Below, one piece after another: positions 35,880 through 44,309 of a stretch of DNA of 64,000 bases; position 1 is the first letter of the stretch, and each line of letters opens with the position of its first letter. Origin of the DNA: a virus; IMG/VR virus record IMGVR_UViG_3300046010_010555, positions 5,336-69,335 of that record; one strand, written 5' to 3'. Made by a program: the position numbers and the translations under genes. Under the pieces are notes generated by a model. That model was not told where the DNA came from and ran no database searches. It worked only from the letters and a program-made list of their open reading frames with translations.

Positions 35880-36515
35880 ATGCGCCTTACTATCAAACAA
35901 GCCGAAAACATAGCTGGTAGCCTATCCGCCCCTAGTAAAATGCCCGGATATGGCTATGGATTACCCGCACTCACTTCATGCACCGTGGGGAGTATATTAG
36001 CGACAATACCAAACTCTGTCTGTTCGAAATGCTACGCATGTAAAGGCCGGTACATTATGCCGGTGACACAAGCTGCGCAGCTAAAACGTCTACGCGCTGT
36101 CACAAACAATCCTTTGTGGGAGCAAGCCATGATTGCCCTTATTTCAAGGAAGAAAGAAAAATATTTTCGTTGGCATGATTCAGGTGATTTGCTCGGGCTT
36201 TGGCATCTAGAAAAAATCTGTCGTATTGCCGTGGCTCTACCGGATTTCAAATTCTGGCTTCCTACTAACGAGCACAAAATAGTCAAAGACTACGTAGCTG
36301 CTAACCAGCTATTCCCACCTAATCTAGTCGTACGTATCAGCACACCGATGATTGATAGCAAGCCTATCAACTCGTCGTTCTGCACTTCTTCTGTACACAA
36401 AGACAAACCCGCTAATGGGTATGAGTGTCAGGCCCCACTTCACAACAACACATGCGGTCCTTGCCGTGCGTGTTGGAATCCAAACATTAAGAACGTTAGC
36501 TATCACAGTCACTAG
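35880..36515 (+). CDS. Gp88-like Cys-rich (radical-SAM-related) protein
   Basis: LS.PSKMPG, C..GS.L....SVC..CYA.KG.Y, FRWHDSGD, WLPT, C.A.....C..CRACW. Confidence 0.75.
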   Translation: MRLTIKQAENIAGSLSAPSKMPGYGYGLPALTSCTVGSILATIPNSVCSKCYACKGRYIMPVTQAAQLKRLRAVTNNPLWEQAMIALISRKKEKYFRWHDSGDLLGLWHLEKICRIAVALPDFKFWLPTNEHKIVKDYVAANQLFPPNLVVRISTPMIDSKPINSSFCTSSVHKDKPANGYECQAPLHNNTCGPCRACWNPNIKNVSYHSH

Positions 36516-36526
36516 GATTACATACT

Positions 36527-36937
36527 ATGAGCACCTCCAAGAAACAGAAACATCCGCCCATTCTTCAAGCTTCTTTAGATAAAATGATATCGGATTGGAA
36601 AACCGAGTATACAAACATTGCTATAGATCTCTGCTGCAGACTTCAGTACATTGACGGAGGGCTTTTTAGATATTACGCAAAGAAACGAGGACTGGAAAAC
36701 CCAACCACTCATAACCAATGGGTAGCTATGGTAAGCGTGTTACAGAAACTAGGTTATATAGCAAAGACAGACCTGTCTATCAAGTCACGTAGTCCATACA
36801 ATCACATGAACGCAGCACCCGTGTGGGAAAGTAGATTATTCACCGGCACAAGAGAAGATTGGGATGTTCATAAGTACGATAGCTATGTATCTCTCTATGT
36901 TGGTCCTTTAAGGAGACGAAAAAAATATGAATCCTAA
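36527..36937 (+). CDS. Hypothetical protein
   Basis: 136-aa ORF in operon. Confidence 0.6.
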   Translation: MSTSKKQKHPPILQASLDKMISDWKTEYTNIAIDLCCRLQYIDGGLFRYYAKKRGLENPTTHNQWVAMVSVLQKLGYIAKTDLSIKSRSPYNHMNAAPVWESRLFTGTREDWDVHKYDSYVSLYVGPLRRRKKYES

Positions 36938-37361
36938 ACATGTCAAATTTATCGCAATCGCAGACGCAATCGCTCAACTTTCGAAGGATAGATCGACCAA
37001 AGTCGGAGCAATCGCCATTGGCCCGAATGGCGAGATCAGGGCTATGGGATATAACGGAATGCCCAGAGGCTGCGATGATACGGCTGAAGCCAGACATGTG
37101 CGTCCTGAGAAGTACCTATGGTTCGAACATGCTGAACGAAATCTCATTTATAACGCTGCCAGAGTGGGCGTTGGACTCGAAGGCTGCACTATTATCGTGT
37201 CGGGATTGTATCCGTGTATGGACTGTGCGAGAGCGATTGTCCAATCCGGGATTCGAGAAATCATTGCGCCACCTGTGCATACCGACAACAGATGGATGGA
37301 TATGGCTATCAAGTCTTCTGAACTCTTCAAAGAATGTGGAGTGATCACACATGAATATTGA
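36927..37361 (+). CDS. dCMP deaminase
   Basis: SKD.STKVGA, GYNG.PRG, HAE.N, PC..C. Confidence 0.9.
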   Translation: MNPKHVKFIAIADAIAQLSKDRSTKVGAIAIGPNGEIRAMGYNGMPRGCDDTAEARHVRPEKYLWFEHAERNLIYNAARVGVGLEGCTIIVSGLYPCMDCARAIVQSGIREIIAPPVHTDNRWMDMAIKSSELFKECGVITHEY

Positions 37362-37590
37362 AAACAAAGCGACAAACTGGGTGCTCATATCGACAAGCAA
37401 TTACAACGATGCCCTAGCTATCCCCATCGAACAGCTAGAGCAGTTCTTTAACACAGCTGTGTTCATGGTAAAGGGCTACGAAAATGGTGAGGTCACATGG
37501 ACACCCAAGGATTCATATCCAGCTATACAGTTCATGTCGAGTGAGCAGATGAAGGTCGCACAAATGCGTGCAAAAATGACTACAAAGTAG
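37351..37590 (+). CDS. Hypothetical protein
   Basis: GGAG RBS; last plus-strand gene. Confidence 0.6.
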   Translation: MNIENKATNWVLISTSNYNDALAIPIEQLEQFFNTAVFMVKGYENGEVTWTPKDSYPAIQFMSSEQMKVAQMRAKMTTK

Positions 37591-37598
37591 AAAAAATG

Positions 37599-37623
37599 TA
37601 CCCTCGATTTCGGGGGTATTTTT
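37599..37623 (+). terminator. Terminator of the plus-strand block
   Basis: TACCCTCG/CGGGGGTA stem (one G-U) plus T5. Confidence 0.6.
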
Positions 37624-37688
37624 GGTTACACCCGTGCCTCGTAGCCCCTTCCTATGCCTAACCCTACGGAACCCCACACATTTTGGCG

Positions 37689-37870
37689 AAATGTAGTACT
37701 ACATTTAGTGTTTTGTAACTAAATTTTTTTTAGCTAAGTTTTTGATTTCTCTCTTTTTTGTATTTTGTAACCTATGTAACCAAAAATTAAGTTATCCGAT
37801 AGAAAAAAGAGAGGGTATATAAAAAACGTAAAATTCATACTATGGTGGAAAGCGGCTTGAAAAAGTTACA
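37689..37870. repeat. Right copy of ~185-bp inverted repeat element (candidate replication origin)
   Basis: 45-bp and 29-bp blocks identical (reverse complement) to the left copy; palindrome 37689-37706; IHF consensus 37735-37747. Confidence 0.9.
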
Positions 37871-40800
37871 CCCCCTGCTGTACGAATGTTTGATCATAGA
37901 CCACCGAGAACGGGCCTGATTTTACTAACCAGTTCCACATTTGAGTGTCATCGCCACTAGCCAGAGCTTTTACACCTCGTTGCATCTGCCCCAGCGTAGG
38001 ACCTACAAAGCTCTCCACTCCACTACCTCCTCTAGTCATGTCATCTTTAGCTTCCACAAAAAACTGACCTGTCCCTGTAAGGCCTGATCTCTTAACCCCG
38101 TGTTCTACGTAGTCGACTACGCCCCAGTCCTTTTTGTATGGAGGCTCTTCACCTGCATTACTCACCATGTCTTTTATGAAGTCAGCCGCTATCATCCCCG
38201 GTACGTAAGCCGTAGCTAGTAGTACAGGTTTGTAGTTCTCGTTCTCCATCTCATGCAACACCTGTTTTGTGATCGTAGCGTTGAAGGCCCACACGAAGTT
38301 CTTGAGATGAGCTATCGGAGCTAGATAGGGGTTGCTAGCCCAGTTGGGTAGTTCAGCCGACGAGGGGTTCAGAAGCGCCTGCCTCACAAATTTATCCGTA
38401 GCATTACGTAGTCTGGTTTCTATCTCAGCTGCTTCAGCTTCGGATTTACCTGACGCTACCAGTTCTTCTGCCGACAGAAGTATCCGCCCCAGCTTCTTGT
38501 CGTACACAACATCATCCACAGACAGCCCTAGCTCCTCCAGATGACGCTTTCCGTGCTTACCGAAGGTCTCGGTAGCACTGCGGTAGAAGAAGCGCTGAGC
38601 GGCCTTCACAGCCATGATGGTGTTGTTTCTGATCCAGCCGTTCAGCAAGTTGTACTTGAACAGTTTATCGTTCAGATCTTTAGTCGTACCGCGCAAAGTC
38701 ACGCCTTCGAACATATTCTGAGCGTTGATGGTGGTTCCAGCGTCTTCGATAATCCCCCAGTCCTCCGCAATCGCCTCCCATTCGTCTCGCGTGTAATCCT
38801 TTTTCCATTCCTTAAAGAGATTCTTTATTGAGTAGGAGAAAGTCTCGAAGGCATCCTGCATGCTGTTCGAACGAATGGCCACACCCATGGGGTCTACCAG
38901 AGAACTCAGCAAGCTGAACGGCAAGAGTCTGTAGTTCTGGTAGACGCTCAACGCCCCATACAAGTCTTTGAGTTCACGACTCATACCTACTTCCTTATTA
39001 CCCAGCAGGCCATCTATATAGTCTTTAGTCAGGGCTATTTCGTCGACCGAGGCTCCGTATTTTGAGGATGCGTCAGATACGAGTTTCTTGAGTTCAGATC
39101 CGCCCTTGCCATACGAGCGCACAAATTCTGTTTGGCGCACAGCCTGCTTGATGTAGCGCACTACAGTATGCACAGGATCGTCGGTCATAAACTCTCTTCT
39201 GTCTTCCCTAGATATGAACCCCAGAGTTCTTCTATGTGATGCTTCTGACACAGGCTCGCTGTTGGTACCCATGATGTTAACCAACTCATCTCCTCTGTCG
39301 ACATAGGATACGATTCCGTCCCAGATTTCGTTGGGCGTCTTCATTAGCCTCTTCATCTGTGCGACATATTCTGGTTTCTCTAGCATGCGGAAGAAGGCAT
39401 CCCTATTTTTCATCACCTTCTCAGCATCCCATACTAACGGGTAGTACTCACCGCCATCCGTATGAACACCTATATCTACATCAGCGTCTTTCTGATAATC
39501 AAACATCTCCCTAAAGAAGGCGTTGTACTTAATCTGTCTAGCACGAACTTCCGCATCCGCTGCAGGAGTGTCCAGAATCATGGCATTGTGTAACGCTAGC
39601 ATCTGCTCATCAGATAACCCTTTAAAGATTCTATTCGCCTTATTGAGCAAGCGTTTGTTTTCAGACATGATACGCTGCACCATGCCTGCCTCGTTTCCAG
39701 CTTCACCGACGGCGGAGTATCCGAGCTTGGCAATTTTCTCCAGCATCGGATTTTCCATATTGAGCATCCGTTCGTACGTGCTGGTCAGGCCCATATCGTA
39801 GAAATTTCCGAGGATCTTACCTATATCCCTCGCCATCTTCTGAGCTCTTTCATCCCAAGGACGATCTTTATCCAGAATACGCTGTAAAGGAGAAGTGCCT
39901 TCTCGCTCTCTAACTCCATCTCTGAAGTCTCTAAGGATGATCTCGGCTTTCTCCTCCGGAGTTAGTGCGCCTACTAGCTTCATCAACCATGTCTTGAATC
40001 TCTGGAACAAGTTTTGAGTTTGCTGACCCACTTTCAGAAACTCAGGATTGTACATCCAGACTTGAAAGCCATAGGCCGCAGCTTCTTCCGGATCTTCGAG
40101 CTGTTTAAGCACCGTGGGTTCGTCCTTGAAGTATTCCCTCAGACGACGCGCTACTAGCCCCCGCGTAAAAGCTGTCGTTAAAATTCGCCGCTCTTCTTTA
40201 CTGAAGAAGAAACTAAACGCTCCGTGAAATGCTTCGTGTTCCGCCAGCCCGGCCATATCAGTACGTCCTGCTGCCACGTCGATAAAACCAAGTATTGCTA
40301 CGTCGTCAAGAATCTCCTTTTCTTGTATCTCGAGCTCAGCAATTGCAGCATCAAGCGATGCGTCTGATTCTTTGCCCGGGCGATCACTGGCTTTCTTTTT
40401 TCGCAACCGTACTAATTTACGCCTCTCGTTAGTCACTTCTTCAAGTGCGTCGTCGCGAGATTTATATCCTGCTGCTATCCCTTTTGAACCATACATCAGA
40501 TTATCAAAACGTACGGCTACGCGATTTCCCACTAGCTTCTTAACTATTGCTACAAATTTTTCGCGGGCTGCTTCAGATAATTCAGCTTCTTCAGCTGCTG
40601 TCTCTTTAGCTTTCTTTCTCTCGGCCCTTTTATCCGCTTCTTCTTTAGCTGCTTTTTTAACTGCTTCTTCTCTTTCAGCAGCTTCCTTCTCCTCAGCTTT
40701 TTTCTTAGCAGCTTCCTTTTCAGCAACTACCTGTGCATCTGCTGCCTTCATAGCAGCCGCCATCTTCTTCAGCTCTCCCAAAAGAGCTGTGTAGTCTGAT

Positions 40801-43800
40801 TTTTGCTGATTCGACAGGCGCTCCGGAGCCTTTAAAGCTCGCTGCAATCTTCTATAGGCTTTGTTCAACCTGTTCCTATCACCGGCTGCAGCGAGCTGCT
40901 TGAATCTACGTAACGACCGAACGTAGAAAGAATCCTTATTGGTACTCTCCCTATCTGCATTTGCCATCTCTACGGCAAGATCGAACACAGGAGTAGATCT
41001 GTAATTTTTAAAGGCCTTGTCTGCCTCGTCATTACTTGTCTCGCCTTTTTGCGATACTTCCAGATTACTAATTCGCTGAGTTTCGATCCAGTCAGCAACC
41101 GCATCTTGCAGCGCAACCGCTTGTTCCTGAGGGCGTAGAGTGATCGGCTCGAGGTCTAGAGCTTCCAGCGTCTCTCGCGCAGCAGTGGCTACTTCTGAGT
41201 TTGGATCGTACTCCGCCGCGTTGCTGTAGAACTCTACTAGGTTGTCCAGCTCCTCGAGCGATAGATTGTCACCGAAAAACTCGTTCTTTAGGGCACGCAG
41301 TTCTTCCTCAGACTGCCGCTTACGGACATTCTCAGCGAATCCAGCGGTGTACTGTTTGCCCCACTCGTTCAACTTGCCAGTGTTAACTAGGGAAATAGTT
41401 TTCCTGAGACGGACCACCGCTGCTTTTTTACGAAGTAAGTCTAGCCGCGCACGCGACTGATTTTTCGGAATTTTAGTAAGCTTGGTGGATATAGTTCTGT
41501 AGTAGCTATCTAATTTATTGGTAGCTCCAACAAAGACGCCATTGAAAGAATCTAATAAGCGCTTGTACTGCAGCATGTCCTTAAGCGTCGGACCGCTCTT
41601 TTTGCCCGTTTTTTCCGTCTTGTACTTTCTGATTGTGTAGGGTTCCTGATCTTTCACCCTTCTAATTATCAGATCGTCTTTCAGAACTCCTTTTTCTGCG
41701 TCCACAGATATGTGGATAGGTTCTACCGAAGAATCGGTGCCTACGTCGATATCAATGCCGTTAGTCAGCAACTCTGTAAACATTCCGCTAAACGCATTGC
41801 CAGCGTTTTTGTTTACACTAGCGCCGCTATCGTACTCGAGTCTATGCGCTTCAGAGGCTTTCCTGTACGCGGGAGATCGAGACATGCTAGCCAGAGACAT
41901 AGGGCTTATGTTCAGCACTAGCTTTCCATTTTTAATCACAGGCTTCTTGATCGCGCTCGTAACCCCGTTGTATTTTTGAGTAAACAGTTTGGCCAGTTCC
42001 GCAGCCGGAATAGGAGCTCCTGTTTTATCCAGCGCCGACAATTGGATTGGAATATGAGAGTTACCTTTCGAAGTAAACTTTGCATCTGCAATTACTTCGT
42101 TGATTCGCTCCGGAGTGAAAAATGCCCCATGCGGTTTTTCAACATCCATGACATCGCCGTCAGCGTCTCTGTACTCACCCTCGCTATCCTGATAGCTAGC
42201 TTCTCTTCCATAAGATGCATCGGATGTGTAAAGAGGGCTTGCGCTTATAAGACTGCTATCAGCAGGCAGCGTCTGCTCCAATCTTTCCTTATCAAGGAGA
42301 GATGACTCGCTCTTACCGGCTTTTGCATCTAGTGCAGAGTTGTACTGCCTCTGTAATTTTGCAAAGAGAACCTCTCCATTCTCTTCACCGGTTTGAGCAG
42401 CCAGCTTAGATAGCATGCCTTTTTGAGGAGCAGTTAACGCCGCATGAGTGTCAACACCAAGTGCTGCAGTAATACGCGGAGCAATGGAGCTCTTGAGGTT
42501 CTTAGATTGCAGAAAATCTGCCACCACCTCGTCGCGCACAGGTTCAGTTATCGACGATGTGCGGTTGGATACAGCTACAGCCATGCTATCGCTGAAGGAG
42601 TGATGCGTGTCTGCTTCCCATGCTTTAGCAAAAGCATGCAGCGGATGTTCGGGATCACTCTCAGCCTGACGCATTTGAGCTACAGTACCGTTCTCAGCGG
42701 CGTCGGCAAACATACTCAAAATCGTAGTTCTGTCTGCTGCGGGCATATTCTTGATCTTGGAATACACTCCGTCGTATTCCGGCGTGTTGAAGGAATCAAG
42801 AATTGATTTGTAGACAGCCTTGCGACTCTCCGGAGTCTGCGTGCTGAACTTACCTGCTAAGTTTTCTACTGCACCTTTACCAAAATCCTTAGCCCATGCA
42901 GTCAGATTGGACGCACCCTTACCTGCACTACGCCCCGTAGTAAACAGGTACATCGCCATGTCCTGTTTGAACGAATCTACGTCTTTAGCGCGGAGTGCGT
43001 CTTTTAGAATACCCAGTTCTGCATCAGACGAACTGTTTATCTTGTCTAGCGCCCACGCTTGATCCGCAGGGTCTGAAACATTGCGAAGTACATACTCGCC
43101 CAGTGTGTCTTTTATGGCGTTGTTGAGTTCTTGACCTCGCTCAATACCAGAAGCAGCAGCCTCACCAGCAGTCTGCAGCGCTGGAGCTATACGAGGCTTC
43201 AAGGTTTCATATAGCTCGCCCAGATTGCCAGCGGTGGCAATGGCTTTAGAAATACCCGATACTACTGAGTCGCTAGCCTGTTTACCGACTTGCTCAGGAT
43301 TATCGCTGAACTGCCGCAGCCTACTAACCACAGCATTGGCGTCAAAATCAGGCTGAAAACTCTGTGCTTGTTGTTCAGCAGTAGTTACTCCGGACGGCTC
43401 TCTGTTGGAGGCTGCAGCTTGAATACCTCCAGCTACGCCGCCACTCATGGCTCCACCAACCGCGCCCGCCAGACCTGCTTCATTAGCCTGAGCCAGATCA
43501 ATTGCCCGAGCAGGATTAGCTACTTTGAGCGCAGCCTGTCCGAGTAGATCTTGTGAAGCTTCGGTGCCATATTCTGTGGCTGCGTCTTTTGCAGCTAGTG
43601 AACCTATAGTCTGCAGCGCTGGTTTGACACCCGCGCCCACGCCTGCACGTAGAGCCGATTTTAGTGCCGGAGCCAGAATCGTCTGCGGCCCTACATTTTC
43701 CAGAATGGCGCTACCAAGTCCTCGTCCGAGAGTAAGACCGGTTCTTTCAAGAGGCGTTGTATTAGCCATAGCCGCTGGATCGTCCCGCAGCTCCATGGCG

Positions 43801-44303
43801 GTCTCACCGCCTTCCAGAGGCACCATAGTAGCCACAGCACCTAACGGCCCGCCAGCCAGATATCCAGCACCCATAGCAGCAAGAGAAGGCACTGCTTCAC
43901 CGGCTGCGCCTGCAATCTTGTTCATTACGCCGCCGAAGCCGCCTTTATCTTTAGCTTCGGCAAATGTCTGGTAGGTAGGCCGTAAGCTGACCGGCATCTC
44001 CTCCATGTCCTGCTTGGCTGATTGAGTCAGTTGATTCGAATACTCAGGCGCTACCGATTCGAGCATCTGCCCGCCGAAAGCTTTAGCAGCAGGCGCTAAG
44101 CTATACCCCGCAGCTCTCAACCCCGTCATGAACTCATTACCTGACGTTAACGCGTCCATATCCAGCTGCTGGCTCTCGGCGGGATCTACCTGCTCTCCCT
44201 GAGCAAGTCGTCCCATTAGCTGAGAGCGTCGAGTGAATGTATCCGTTGCAGGTGTACTTGACGGCAGAGGCGCTACAGGAAAACTTCTGAGTGAATCAAC
44301 CAT
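37866..44303 (-). CDS. Large internal virion/ejection protein with zincin-like HExxH domain
   Basis: 2145 aa; Ala/Gly-rich N-terminus, coiled-coil middle, AEHEAFH...EEAAA motif; last gene of the virion block. Confidence 0.7.
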   Translation of the reverse strand: MVDSLRSFPVAPLPSSTPATDTFTRRSQLMGRLAQGEQVDPAESQQLDMDALTSGNEFMTGLRAAGYSLAPAAKAFGGQMLESVAPEYSNQLTQSAKQDMEEMPVSLRPTYQTFAEAKDKGGFGGVMNKIAGAAGEAVPSLAAMGAGYLAGGPLGAVATMVPLEGGETAMELRDDPAAMANTTPLERTGLTLGRGLGSAILENVGPQTILAPALKSALRAGVGAGVKPALQTIGSLAAKDAATEYGTEASQDLLGQAALKVANPARAIDLAQANEAGLAGAVGGAMSGGVAGGIQAAASNREPSGVTTAEQQAQSFQPDFDANAVVSRLRQFSDNPEQVGKQASDSVVSGISKAIATAGNLGELYETLKPRIAPALQTAGEAAASGIERGQELNNAIKDTLGEYVLRNVSDPADQAWALDKINSSSDAELGILKDALRAKDVDSFKQDMAMYLFTTGRSAGKGASNLTAWAKDFGKGAVENLAGKFSTQTPESRKAVYKSILDSFNTPEYDGVYSKIKNMPAADRTTILSMFADAAENGTVAQMRQAESDPEHPLHAFAKAWEADTHHSFSDSMAVAVSNRTSSITEPVRDEVVADFLQSKNLKSSIAPRITAALGVDTHAALTAPQKGMLSKLAAQTGEENGEVLFAKLQRQYNSALDAKAGKSESSLLDKERLEQTLPADSSLISASPLYTSDASYGREASYQDSEGEYRDADGDVMDVEKPHGAFFTPERINEVIADAKFTSKGNSHIPIQLSALDKTGAPIPAAELAKLFTQKYNGVTSAIKKPVIKNGKLVLNISPMSLASMSRSPAYRKASEAHRLEYDSGASVNKNAGNAFSGMFTELLTNGIDIDVGTDSSVEPIHISVDAEKGVLKDDLIIRRVKDQEPYTIRKYKTEKTGKKSGPTLKDMLQYKRLLDSFNGVFVGATNKLDSYYRTISTKLTKIPKNQSRARLDLLRKKAAVVRLRKTISLVNTGKLNEWGKQYTAGFAENVRKRQSEEELRALKNEFFGDNLSLEELDNLVEFYSNAAEYDPNSEVATAARETLEALDLEPITLRPQEQAVALQDAVADWIETQRISNLEVSQKGETSNDEADKAFKNYRSTPVFDLAVEMANADRESTNKDSFYVRSLRRFKQLAAAGDRNRLNKAYRRLQRALKAPERLSNQQKSDYTALLGELKKMAAAMKAADAQVVAEKEAAKKKAEEKEAAEREEAVKKAAKEEADKRAERKKAKETAAEEAELSEAAREKFVAIVKKLVGNRVAVRFDNLMYGSKGIAAGYKSRDDALEEVTNERRKLVRLRKKKASDRPGKESDASLDAAIAELEIQEKEILDDVAILGFIDVAAGRTDMAGLAEHEAFHGAFSFFFSKEERRILTTAFTRGLVARRLREYFKDEPTVLKQLEDPEEAAAYGFQVWMYNPEFLKVGQQTQNLFQRFKTWLMKLVGALTPEEKAEIILRDFRDGVREREGTSPLQRILDKDRPWDERAQKMARDIGKILGNFYDMGLTSTYERMLNMENPMLEKIAKLGYSAVGEAGNEAGMVQRIMSENKRLLNKANRIFKGLSDEQMLALHNAMILDTPAADAEVRARQIKYNAFFREMFDYQKDADVDIGVHTDGGEYYPLVWDAEKVMKNRDAFFRMLEKPEYVAQMKRLMKTPNEIWDGIVSYVDRGDELVNIMGTNSEPVSEASHRRTLGFISREDRREFMTDDPVHTVVRYIKQAVRQTEFVRSYGKGGSELKKLVSDASSKYGASVDEIALTKDYIDGLLGNKEVGMSRELKDLYGALSVYQNYRLLPFSLLSSLVDPMGVAIRSNSMQDAFETFSYSIKNLFKEWKKDYTRDEWEAIAEDWGIIEDAGTTINAQNMFEGVTLRGTTKDLNDKLFKYNLLNGWIRNNTIMAVKAAQRFFYRSATETFGKHGKRHLEELGLSVDDVVYDKKLGRILLSAEELVASGKSEAEAAEIETRLRNATDKFVRQALLNPSSAELPNWASNPYLAPIAHLKNFVWAFNATITKQVLHEMENENYKPVLLATAYVPGMIAADFIKDMVSNAGEEPPYKKDWGVVDYVEHGVKRSGLTGTGQFFVEAKDDMTRGGSGVESFVGPTLGQMQRGVKALASGDDTQMWNWLVKSGPFSVVYDQTFVQQGV

Positions 44304-44309
44304 GTGCTA

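Noticed and set aside
10345-37870. Transposon or IS terminal inverted repeats
   Set aside because: No transposase or recombinase, no target-site duplication seen, and the enclosed DNA is core phage replication genes; kept instead as an origin-like finding
37866-44303. N4-like virion RNA polymerase
   Set aside because: No recognisable T7-type or double-psi-barrel catalytic motifs, and much shorter than N4 vRNAP
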